Source: Acidimicrobiaceae bacterium | GTDB taxonomy: Bacteria > Actinomycetota > Acidimicrobiia > Acidimicrobiales > RAAP-2 | Direction of reading: 5' to 3' | Length of the DNA: 64,000 bases | Assembly (NCBI GenBank): GCA_043784065.1 | Contig: JAYVYR010000002.1 | Span: 13,521 to 77,520, forward strand | Shown here: positions 35,740-44,175 of the stretch, piece after piece | Position numbering within the stretch: the stretch's first letter is position 1 | How the letters are laid out: each line of letters begins with the position of its first letter | Made by a program: the position numbers and the translations under genes | Notes under the pieces: model-generated | Told to the model about the DNA's origin: nothing | The model's input: the letters and a program-made list of their open reading frames with translations, nothing else | Databases searched by the model: none

Positions 35740-36954
35740 CTACTTCACGTGCACTCCGGAGATGGCCCGAGCGATGATCAGTCTCTGGATCTCCGACGTG
35801 CCTTCAAAAATGGTGAAGATCTTCGAGTCACGGTGCCAGCGCTCGACCGGATAGTCGCGCACATAGCCGTAACCGCCCAGGATCTGGATGGCCTCCTCGG
35901 TCACGTAGACCGCGGTCTCGCCAGCGTAGAGCTTGGACATCGAGCCCTCGCCCGACGTGAACTCCTTGCCGTTGGCACCCATCCACGAGGCCCGCCACAC
36001 CAGCAGTCGGGAGGCGTCGATACGGGTCTTCATATCGGCCAGCTTGAAAGCGATCGACTGGTTCTCGATGATCGCCCGACCGAAGGCCTTGCGCTCCTTG
36101 GCGTACTCGAGCGAGTACTCGTAGGCGGCTCGGGCGATGCCGAGGGCCTGGGCGCCGACCGTGGGTCGGGAGCCTTCGAAAGTCTTCATGGCGGCCTGGC
36201 CACCGCCCTTCTTGCCTTCCTTGGCCCGGGCGATCTTCTCGTCGAGCTTGTCCTTGCCACCCAGAAGGCAGCTTCCGGGCACCCGGCAGTCGTCGAGGAC
36301 GACTTCGGCCGTATGGGATGCCCGGATGCCCATCTTCTGGAACTTCTGGCCCTGGGAGATTCCCGGGGTTCCCGGAGGCACGATGAAGCTGGCCTGGCCA
36401 CGACCCCGGAGCTCAGGTTCCACCGAGGCGACGACCACATGGATGTCGGCAATCCCGCCATTGGTGATCCACGTCTTGGTGCCGTTCAGCACCCACTCGT
36501 CCTTAGCCTTGTCGTAGACGGCACGCGTCCGAAGCGACGAAACGTCTGACCCGGCGTCGGGCTCGGACACGGCAAAGGCGGCGAGCTGCGGCTTCTCGGG
36601 GGTCCCGAAACATTGTGGTCCCCACTCCATCAACTGCTCGGGCGTGCCGTTGCCGGCGATGCCAGCCAGGCCCAACGTGCTGCCTAGGATGGCCAGGGCG
36701 ATTCCGGCGTCGCCCCAGGAAAGTTCCTCCGCCGCGATGGGCATCAGGAGGCCGCTCTTGTCCATGAAGGCGTTGGCGATGAAGTCAAAGGAGTACAGGC
36801 CGATGTTGGCTGCCTCCTGGATGATCGGCCAAGGGGTCTCCTCACGCTCATCCCACTCGTGGGCGGCAGGTCGGATCACGTTCTCGGCAAAGTCGTGGAC
36901 CCACTTCTGGAGTTGGATCTGGTCTTCGTCGAGGTCCAGGGAGAATTCAGACAT
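35740..36954 (-). CDS. Acyl-CoA dehydrogenase
   Basis: [22 protein letters not shown]..., [12 protein letters not shown], the catalytic-base region [23 protein letters not shown] and a C-terminal [14 protein letters not shown]. Start at ATG 36954. Confidence 0.9.
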   Translation of the reverse strand: MSEFSLDLDEDQIQLQKWVHDFAENVIRPAAHEWDEREETPWPIIQEAANIGLYSFDFIANAFMDKSGLLMPIAAEELSWGDAGIALAILGSTLGLAGIAGNGTPEQLMEWGPQCFGTPEKPQLAAFAVSEPDAGSDVSSLRTRAVYDKAKDEWVLNGTKTWITNGGIADIHVVVASVEPELRGRGQASFIVPPGTPGISQGQKFQKMGIRASHTAEVVLDDCRVPGSCLLGGKDKLDEKIARAKEGKKGGGQAAMKTFEGSRPTVGAQALGIARAAYEYSLEYAKERKAFGRAIIENQSIAFKLADMKTRIDASRLLVWRASWMGANGKEFTSGEGSMSKLYAGETAVYVTEEAIQILGGYGYVRDYPVERWHRDSKIFTIFEGTSEIQRLIIARAISGVHVK

Positions 36955-37054
36955 GGTGGACTGCTCCGTTCTGGCCCGCAGGCCCCTCAAGCAAGGCTTC
37001 GACCGGTGCCGGCACTAGGGCCGCACGCACGCCGCTATTGGCGGATCGCTAGTT

Positions 37055-37070
37055 GTTACTCAATAGTAAC
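37055..37070. promoter_or_regulatory. Palindrome GTTACT-CAAT-AGTAAC upstream of the acyl-CoA dehydrogenase
   Basis: Perfect 6-4-6 inverted repeat in a locally AT-richer patch about 100 nt upstream of the ACAD start. No cognate regulator is identifiable. Confidence 0.35.
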
Positions 37071-37446
37071 CACGATAGCGGGCACGGGGCAACCATCCAC
37101 CGCGTCAGCTTCCAAAGGGAGCGGTGGACCCATGGCCGTCCCGGCGGAGCACCGGCGACGGGGTGGGCCGACCAGCTCCGGAAGCCACGACGGCGTTCCC
37201 CTTTCCCCCACATGCAGGGTGCTCACGAGCTCTCACCGGCTTGCGATGGTCGACCACCTACACGGGGACGGGCCGACTGCCACCCGCCGACGGGGACTCT
37301 ACGACCCAAAAAACGCTACCAGTCGCGTTCTCTTGGACGGCGGGGGAATTGGGTCGAAACGGGTCTCTGCACGCGGCGTTCACGTCTTAGCAACATGGGA
37401 GCCCGGGAGGTCCGCTCCATGGCGTCCGACCGGGGTAGTCGGCGGC

Positions 37447-38841
37447 CTATCGCCTACGGATGCGGGTGCCCTCGCCGCCATCCTCGACCAGCCAGCCTGC
37501 CTCCTCGAGCTCGGCGCGCAAGGCATCGGCCCGAGCCCAGTCCTTGGCTGCCCGGGATGCATCGCGCATGCGCACAAGATCGGCCGTTGCCGCGTCGATC
37601 TCGTCGCTCACGTCACCTTCGAGTCGAAGACCCAGCGCTCCGGCCAGCCACGCCGCCGTTCGGGCCGCAGTTGCGGCCGCGGCACCGTCGCCGGCATCGG
37701 CCGCCACATTGGCCCGTCGTGCCAGTTCGAACACTGTGGCCAGAGCACCTGGGGTGTCGAGGTCGCCGTCCATGGCGACCATGAAGGTGGCCACCGCCTC
37801 GTCGTCAACAGCGCCCACCGTCGAGTCGGGCCCGGTCAACGGTCCCTCAGCCAGCGGGTCGGCCAGTGAGAACCGTCGGGCCAGCTCGTCCAACCGGGCC
37901 AGTCCGGCCTCGGCCTGGGCGATCGTCTCGGGTGTCACTTCGATAGGCGACCGGTAGTGGGAGCGCAGCACCAGCACCCGGTAGGCGCGGGCATCGCTGC
38001 GCTCGAGCAGGTCGGACAAGGAGGCGAAGTTGCCCAACGACTTGGACATCTTCTCACCACCGACCGTCACCCATCCGTTGTGCATCCAATGGCGGGCGAA
38101 CTCCTTACCGTCAGCCACAGCCTGAGCCCGCTCGTTCTCATGGTGGGGGAAGGCCAGGTCCTGACCTCCTCCATGCAGCTCGAACCCTTCGCCCAGAAGG
38201 TCGAGGGACATCACCACGCACTCAGTGTGCCAACCAGGTCGGCCGGCTCCCCACGGTGAGTCCCAACTGGGCTCGCCTGGTTTGGCCTTCTTCCACAGCA
38301 CGAAATCGAGTGGCGATCGCTTCTCTTCGTCTGCTTCGATTCGGGCGCCGGCCCGCAACGATTCGAGGGGTTGGCGGGCCAGCAGTCCGTAGCCGGGCAC
38401 GTCGAGCACCGACAGATAGACCCCGGTGGCCGTCTCGTAGGCGATCCCCCGACCCACCAGGTCGGTGATCAGGTCGATCATCCGGTCGACATAGGCGGTG
38501 GCGTGCGGTGCCTGATCCGGCCGCAGCACCCCCAGGGCATCCATGATCTCCCACCACAGGGCCTCGTTGGCCGCCGTGAACTCGGCGATCGCAATGCCAC
38601 GGTCGGCAGCCCGGGCGATGATCTTGTCCTCGATGTCGGTGATGTTCGAGACATAGGTGACGTCGAGGCCAATGAACAGGAGGTAGCGCCGGAGCACGTC
38701 GAACACCAACGAGAACCGCCCATGACCGAGGTGAGGCACACCGTCGACCGTCGGGCCGCACACGTAGAGTGCGACCTTGCCGGGCTGGCGGAGCCGGAGC
38801 GGGGCTACCTCGCCGGTGGCGGTGTCGTGGAGCGTGAGCAC
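37447..38841 (-). CDS. cysS: Cysteine--tRNA ligase
   Basis: VLTLHDTATGEV...ALYVCGPTVDGVPHLGHGR aligns with the canonical CysRS N-terminus and HIGH motif, and a KMSKSLGN motif is present. GTG at 38841 gives 465 aa; upstream track codons overlap valS antisense. Confidence 0.9.
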   Translation of the reverse strand: MLTLHDTATGEVAPLRLRQPGKVALYVCGPTVDGVPHLGHGRFSLVFDVLRRYLLFIGLDVTYVSNITDIEDKIIARAADRGIAIAEFTAANEALWWEIMDALGVLRPDQAPHATAYVDRMIDLITDLVGRGIAYETATGVYLSVLDVPGYGLLARQPLESLRAGARIEADEEKRSPLDFVLWKKAKPGEPSWDSPWGAGRPGWHTECVVMSLDLLGEGFELHGGGQDLAFPHHENERAQAVADGKEFARHWMHNGWVTVGGEKMSKSLGNFASLSDLLERSDARAYRVLVLRSHYRSPIEVTPETIAQAEAGLARLDELARRFSLADPLAEGPLTGPDSTVGAVDDEAVATFMVAMDGDLDTPGALATVFELARRANVAADAGDGAAAATAARTAAWLAGALGLRLEGDVSDEIDAATADLVRMRDASRAAKDWARADALRAELEEAGWLVEDGGEGTRIRRR

Positions 38842-38862
38842 GCAGGGTACGGTAACCCGATC

Positions 38863-41517
38863 ATGCCGGAGCAGACGAACGGACCCACCAATCACGAGGC
38901 GCCCTCTGACCAGGCAGGCTTTGGCCGGCCTCACGGGAGGGGTATCCCCGACAAGCCTGGCCTCGAGGGTTTGGAGGCCACCTGGGCGGCTCGGTGGGAG
39001 GCCGAGGGTGTCTATGCCTTTGACCGCACAGCTACCCGCGACCAGGTCTTCTCGATCGACACGCCGCCGCCGACGGTGTCGGGCTCGCTCCACATCGGCC
39101 ACGTGTTCTCCTATACCCACACCGACGCAGTGGCCCGGTTCCACCGCATGCGGGGCCGCCAGGTCTTCTACCCGATGGGGTGGGATGACAACGGACTGCC
39201 AACCGAGCGCCGGGTACAGAACTACTTCGGGGTTCGATGCGATCCGAGCCTTCCGTACGATCCCGAGTACGTGCCGCCGGCCGAGCCGACGAAGGATCCC
39301 GTCGCCATCTCGCGACCAAACTTCGTGGCCCTGTGCCATCAGTTGACGCTGGAGGACGAGCAGGTATTCGAGCACCTGTGGCGCACCCTCGGGCTGTCAG
39401 TGGACTGGTCCCACACCTACGCGACCATCAGTGAACGGGCTCAACGGGTCTCGCAACGCGGCTTCCTTCGACTGGCCAAGCGCGGCCAGGTAGTCCAGCG
39501 CACCGCCCCGACGCTGTGGGATGTCGACTTCCGCACGGCGGTCAGTCAGGCCGAACTCGAGGACCGTGAGCGACCCGGCGCCTACCACCGGATTCGGTTC
39601 CCCCGGGTCGACGCCGAAGGCGGCGTCGACATCGAGACCACCAGACCCGAGCTGCTGGCCGCCTGCGTGGCCCTGGTGGCGCACCCCGATGACGAGCGCT
39701 ACCGGCCGCTGTTCGGTACCTCGGTCAGCACCCCGCTGTTCGGAGTCCGTGTGCCGGTCCTGGCCCACGGACTGGCCGACCCCGAAAAAGGCTCGGGCAT
39801 CGCCATGATCTGCACCTTCGGCGACACGACTGACGTGGTGTGGTGGCGCGAACTGTCCCTCCCCACCCGTACCGTGATCGGCCGAGACGGCCGACTGCTG
39901 CCGATCGAGTTCGGCGCACCGGGATGGGAGGCCGACGATCCGGCGGCGGCGGACGTCGCCTATGCGGATCTGGTGGGGAAGTCCGCCAAGCAGGCCCAGG
40001 CCCGGATCGTCGAATTGCTGACAGCCTCTGGCGATCTGATCGGCGAGCCCCGTTCCATCACCCATCCGGTCAAGTTCTTCGAAAAGGGCGATCGCCCGCT
40101 CGAGATCGTCTCCTCCCGTCAGTGGTTCGTCGAGACGCTCCCCCACCGCCAGGCCCTACTGGCCCGGGGTGAGGAATTGCGGTGGCATCCGCCCTACATG
40201 GCCCACCGTTTCAAAGCGTGGGTGGAGGGCCTGAATGGCGACTGGAACATCAGCCGCCAGAGGTTCTTCGGCGTACCCCTGCCCGTCTGGTATCCCGTCG
40301 ATGCCGACGGTGAGGTCGACTTCGGCGGGCCGATCCTGGCTGACGAAGGGCACCTTCCCATCGACCCGTCGACCGACGTGCCCCCGGGCTACGCCGCCGA
40401 CCAGCGGGGCGAGCCCGGCGGGTTCGTTGGCGACCCCGACGTCATGGATACCTGGGCCACATCGTCCTTGACCCCCCAGATCGCCGGAGGATGGGAAGAC
40501 GACCCCGACCTGTTCGCCCGTGTCTTCCCCATGGATCTGCGACCCCAGGCCCACGACATCATCCGCACCTGGCTGTTCTCGACGGTGGTGCGCTCCGAAC
40601 TCGAACATCAGGCCCTGCCGTGGTCGAACGCTGCCATCAGCGGCTGGGTGCTCGATCCGGACCGCAAGAAGATGTCGAAGTCGAAGGGCAATGTGATCAC
40701 CCCGCTGCCTCTGCTCGAGCTGCACGGGGCCGACGCCGTGCGGTACTGGGCGGCCAGCGGCCGGCCCGGCACCGACACCGCCGTCGACGAAGGCCAGATG
40801 AAGGTCGGTCGACGACTGGCCATGAAGGTGCTCAACGCGTCCCGATTCGCACTCGGCCGCCTGGCCGACGGCACCGGTACGCTGGTGGTGCCGCCGATCA
40901 GTGCCGTCATCGCCCCGATCGACCGGGCCATGCTCGGCCGACTCAGCGTGGTGGTGGCCGAAGCCACAACTGCATTCGAGGCCTACGACTACGCCCGGGC
41001 TCTCGAACGGACGGAAGCGTTCTTCTGGGCGTTCTGTGACGACTACCTGGAACTGGTCAAGACCCGCGCCTACGGCGAGGCCGACGACCCGGCCACGGCA
41101 TCGGCTCGGGCAGCACTGGCCGTGGCCCTCTCCGTCCTGCTCCGCCTGCTCGCCCCTGTCCTTCCCTTCGTGACTGAAGAGGTGTGGTCGTGGTGGCACG
41201 TCGACTCCATCCACGGAGCCAACTGGCCCACGGACTTGGAGACCAGGACCGGGGACGCCAGCACCGGCGGCGTCGACCCGACAACCGATGCCGTGCTCGA
41301 TGCGGCCGCCGACGTGCTCCGCCAGATCCGGCGGGCCAAGACGACGGCCAAGCGCTCGATGCGGGCACCGGTGGCCGTGTTGACCGTCACCGACACGCCG
41401 TCCCGACTCGAGGCATTGGCCGCGGCCGAGAGCGACGTGCGCGATGCAGGCGGTGTGGTCGAGTTGGTGATGCGCGACGGCGAAGTTGGCGTCGAGGTAG
41501 TGCTGGCCGAGGAGTAG
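38863..41517 (+). CDS. valS: Valine--tRNA ligase
   Basis: PPPTVSGSLHIGHVFSYTHTD (HIGH), GWDDNGLPTE, WNISRQRFFGVPLPVWY and KMSKSKGN. 884 aa from ATG 38863; the first 164 codons of the track ORF are antisense to cysS. Confidence 0.85.
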   Translation: MPEQTNGPTNHEAPSDQAGFGRPHGRGIPDKPGLEGLEATWAARWEAEGVYAFDRTATRDQVFSIDTPPPTVSGSLHIGHVFSYTHTDAVARFHRMRGRQVFYPMGWDDNGLPTERRVQNYFGVRCDPSLPYDPEYVPPAEPTKDPVAISRPNFVALCHQLTLEDEQVFEHLWRTLGLSVDWSHTYATISERAQRVSQRGFLRLAKRGQVVQRTAPTLWDVDFRTAVSQAELEDRERPGAYHRIRFPRVDAEGGVDIETTRPELLAACVALVAHPDDERYRPLFGTSVSTPLFGVRVPVLAHGLADPEKGSGIAMICTFGDTTDVVWWRELSLPTRTVIGRDGRLLPIEFGAPGWEADDPAAADVAYADLVGKSAKQAQARIVELLTASGDLIGEPRSITHPVKFFEKGDRPLEIVSSRQWFVETLPHRQALLARGEELRWHPPYMAHRFKAWVEGLNGDWNISRQRFFGVPLPVWYPVDADGEVDFGGPILADEGHLPIDPSTDVPPGYAADQRGEPGGFVGDPDVMDTWATSSLTPQIAGGWEDDPDLFARVFPMDLRPQAHDIIRTWLFSTVVRSELEHQALPWSNAAISGWVLDPDRKKMSKSKGNVITPLPLLELHGADAVRYWAASGRPGTDTAVDEGQMKVGRRLAMKVLNASRFALGRLADGTGTLVVPPISAVIAPIDRAMLGRLSVVVAEATTAFEAYDYARALERTEAFFWAFCDDYLELVKTRAYGEADDPATASARAALAVALSVLLRLLAPVLPFVTEEVWSWWHVDSIHGANWPTDLETRTGDASTGGVDPTTDAVLDAAADVLRQIRRAKTTAKRSMRAPVAVLTVTDTPSRLEALAAAESDVRDAGGVVELVMRDGEVGVEVVLAEE

Positions 41518-41640
41518 TTCCAGCACTACCTGCGGGAAGGTGCCCGGTGCGGTTGCCGCCACGGGGATGACGGGAAGGCGCCACCCGGGCCCGGCGATGC
41601 GAATTACGCCGACCACGAGAAGAACTGCGATCCTCTTCGG

Positions 41641-42414
41641 ATGGAACACGAACCACTCCGAGGCCGCACCGCCATGGTCACCGGGGCATCTCGGGGAATC
41701 GGTGCGGCCACGGCACAGGCACTCGATCGGGCGGGGGCGCGGGTCGCCCTCGTCGCCAGGGGCCGCGCCGAGCTGGCTGAGGTGGCTGGCACGCTGCACA
41801 ACGACCCCGTCATCCTGCCCGCCGACCTCCGCCAGTCTGATGCCCCGACGAACGTCGCCCGCCAGGCGATCGACGCACTCGGTACGATCGATGTCCTGGT
41901 GAACAATGCGGCAGTAGCGGCGCGACTCGCCACCGTCGACACCGACGCGGCCGTCATCGACGACATGTTGGCCGTCAATGTCCGGGCACCGCTCCTACTG
42001 ATCGCCGCAGTGCTTCCCTCGATGATCCAACGCGGATCCGGGTCGATCATCAACCTCTCATCCGTATCCGGAATAGTCGGCACACCTCGGCGGGCCGCCT
42101 ACGCTGCATCGAAGGGCGCTATCGGTGCCGCCACACGATCGCTGGCCATCGAGCTCGGACCGTCTGGGATCCGGGTCAACGCCGTCGCCCCCGGGGTCGT
42201 CGACACCGCCTTGTGGGCCAAGAACAGGGAAGTCCCGGGTGTTGTGGAGGCCATCGAAGCCCAAACGCCGCTGCGTCGATGGGCCACGCCGGAGGACATC
42301 GCCGACGTAATCGTGTTCCTCGCTACCGACGCCTCACGATTCGTCACCGGGGAGACGATCTGTGCTGACGGTGGGATGGCTCGAACGTTCGACCTCTACG
42401 GCGGGCCCGTCTGA
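41641..42414 (+). CDS. SDR family oxidoreductase (FabG-like)
   Basis: TGASRGIGAA cofactor motif, NNAA and the catalytic YAASKGA. Confidence 0.85.
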   Translation: MEHEPLRGRTAMVTGASRGIGAATAQALDRAGARVALVARGRAELAEVAGTLHNDPVILPADLRQSDAPTNVARQAIDALGTIDVLVNNAAVAARLATVDTDAAVIDDMLAVNVRAPLLLIAAVLPSMIQRGSGSIINLSSVSGIVGTPRRAAYAASKGAIGAATRSLAIELGPSGIRVNAVAPGVVDTALWAKNREVPGVVEAIEAQTPLRRWATPEDIADVIVFLATDASRFVTGETICADGGMARTFDLYGGPV

Positions 42415-42493
42415 CGATTCTGCTCGGTCAGGGACTACGTACGTGCACCTGTCGTCGCTCAGTCCAACGAACGCCTTTGTAAGCGAGTGAGCG

Positions 42494-43240
42494 TCAGGCC
42501 AGGTAGATGCTGAGGGCAGCGTCCGCCATCTCGGCCGGGGTGCCCTGCTGCTCGATACGACCATGCACCATGATCGCCGCATGGTCGGCCACCGCCAGTG
42601 CCGTGGTCACGAACTGCTCGACCAGGAGGATGGTCATGCCCTGCTTGGCCAACTTGGTGACCAGTTCGTAAAGTTCGGCCACGATCAGGGGAGCCAGTCC
42701 CATGGACAGCTCGTCCAGGTAGAGCACCCGAGGCTTGGTGACCAGGGCACGTGAGATTGCCAGCATCTGCTGCTCGCCACCCGACATGGTGCCGGCCATC
42801 TGACGCCGACGCTCCTTCAGGACGGGAAACGTCTCAAAGGTGTGCTCCTCGACCTCCTTCATCGAGATCCCACCCCGGTAGGTCCAGATCCGGAGGTTCT
42901 CACGCACGGTCAGGTTGGGGAAGATGCCCCGACCCTCAGGCACCGCGCAGATGCCTTGGCGGACCAGCTTCTCCGTGGGGGTCTTGCCGAGCGGGGTGTC
43001 GCCGACGAGCACGTCGCCAGCGGTCGGACGCATCCGGCCGCTCAGTACCTTGAGGAGCGTCGACTTGCCGGCACCGTTGGGTCCAAGGAGTGCGAAGACA
43101 CTTCCGGCCGGCACCTCGAGATCGACGCCGTGAAGCACTTCGATCCGCCCGTAAGAGGCCCGCACTCCCCGTACGGTGACGCTCGGCGGCAGTTCTGTGG
43201 TGGTGCCGCCTGTCGAAGGAGCCAACATCTGGTCGTTCAT
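42494..43240 (-). CDS. livF: Branched-chain amino acid-type ABC transporter ATP-binding protein (LivF-like)
   Basis: GPNGAGKST, MSGGEQQMLAISRAL and LYLDELSMGLAP. 4-nt overlap with livG. Confidence 0.85.
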   Translation of the reverse strand: MNDQMLAPSTGGTTTELPPSVTVRGVRASYGRIEVLHGVDLEVPAGSVFALLGPNGAGKSTLLKVLSGRMRPTAGDVLVGDTPLGKTPTEKLVRQGICAVPEGRGIFPNLTVRENLRIWTYRGGISMKEVEEHTFETFPVLKERRRQMAGTMSGGEQQMLAISRALVTKPRVLYLDELSMGLAPLIVAELYELVTKLAKQGMTILLVEQFVTTALAVADHAAIMVHGRIEQQGTPAEMADAALSIYLA

Positions 43241-44175
43241 GCCTCGGGCACCTCCTCATCATCGCTGCCGACGATCTCGGTCGTCAGGTCCACCGTCTTG
43301 TCCTCATGGAATTGCTGGGTTGCAACGCCGACGTTGGCGTCATTGACGGTACCGAGGTAGGCGGCCTGAACCATGGGGTCCTTCCGGATCTCCTCAGGAG
43401 TCCCCGAGGCGATGATGTCGCCGAAGTCGAGCACGTAGATGTAGTCGCAGATCCGCATCACCAGCTCCATGTCGTGCTCGACCAACAGCACGCCCATACC
43501 GCCGCCCGCCAGGGTGGTCAGCAGCTCACCCAGGGCTTGAGCCTCTACATCGTCGAGCCCCGAGCCGGGTTCGTCGAGCAGCAGGATCTTCGGGGCCATG
43601 GCCAGGGCCCGGGCCAATTCGACCATCCGGGCCAGGCCGGTCGGCATGGCGCTGGCCTGTTCGGCGCCTAGGCCGGCCAGGCCTACGCCCTCGAGCAGGC
43701 GGTCCGATGTGGCAACGACAATCGACCCCGGACCGGTTGACTCGTCGGCGGCGCCGCCCTTCTTGACCCAGGGGAACGAACGCTTGACGTGGCGCCACTG
43801 CCACCACTTGACCGACGACTCCAGCCCTACTTGCACGTTCTCGCCCGCCGACAGGGTGCCGAAGAGCTCCAGGCGTTGGAAGGTGCGGGCCAGACCGAGC
43901 CGGGCCCGGCGGTGCGGCTTCATCTTGGTGATGTCGGTGTCGAACAGCAAGACGGTCCCACGGTCGGGAGTCTGGAGTCCGCTGATCACATTGAAGAGCG
44001 TGGTCTTGCCAGCGCCATTCGGGCCGATGAGGCCGGTCACGGAACCGGCCTTGACAGTCAGGTTGGCATCGCTCAGGGCGGCCACTCCGCCGAAGCGGAC
44101 GGCCACTCCTTCGATGGTCAGGACGTCGACATCCTGGTCGGTCGGCTGCTGATCGATCACGTCAGCTTGCGGCAC
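43237..44175 (-). CDS. livG: Branched-chain amino acid-type ABC transporter ATP-binding protein (LivG-like)
   Basis: GPNGAGKTT, the LivG-specific insertion and LLLDEPGSGL. Start uncertain: GTG at 44175 or 44160, track ATG at 44217. Confidence 0.8.
   Translation of the reverse strand: MPQADVIDQQPTDQDVDVLTIEGVAVRFGGVAALSDANLTVKAGSVTGLIGPNGAGKTTLFNVISGLQTPDRGTVLLFDTDITKMKPHRRARLGLARTFQRLELFGTLSAGENVQVGLESSVKWWQWRHVKRSFPWVKKGGAADESTGPGSIVVATSDRLLEGVGLAGLGAEQASAMPTGLARMVELARALAMAPKILLLDEPGSGLDDVEAQALGELLTTLAGGGMGVLLVEHDMELVMRICDYIYVLDFGDIIASGTPEEIRKDPMVQAAYLGTVNDANVGVATQQFHEDKTVDLTTEIVGSDDEEVPEA

Noticed and set aside
37172-37195. CCAGCTCCGGAAGCCACGACGGCG, superficially like the SRP RNA domain IV 5' strand (CCAGGUCCGGAAGGAAGCAGC)
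   Set aside because: It lacks the conserved GGAA tetraloop context and the AGCA symmetric-loop residues, and I could not build the complementary 3' strand nearby.
38371-38862. N-terminal 164 codons of the 1048-aa valS track ORF, and likewise 38842-39375 of the cysS track ORF
   Set aside because: Family N-termini align to the internal starts at 38863 and 38841, and the extensions are mutually antisense and compositionally shadow-like. The same reasoning trimmed 11129-11842 (dgt), 27819-28295 (crotonase), 8413-8673 (PHP), 23447-23731 (ccmC), 31277-31492 (sigma) and 47533-47667 (SBP).
40156-41799. 547-aa minus-strand ORF antisense to valS
   Set aside because: Same shadow-ORF composition (His/Gly/Arg/Pro/Val rich). 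valS on the plus strand has the HIGH and KMSKS motifs.
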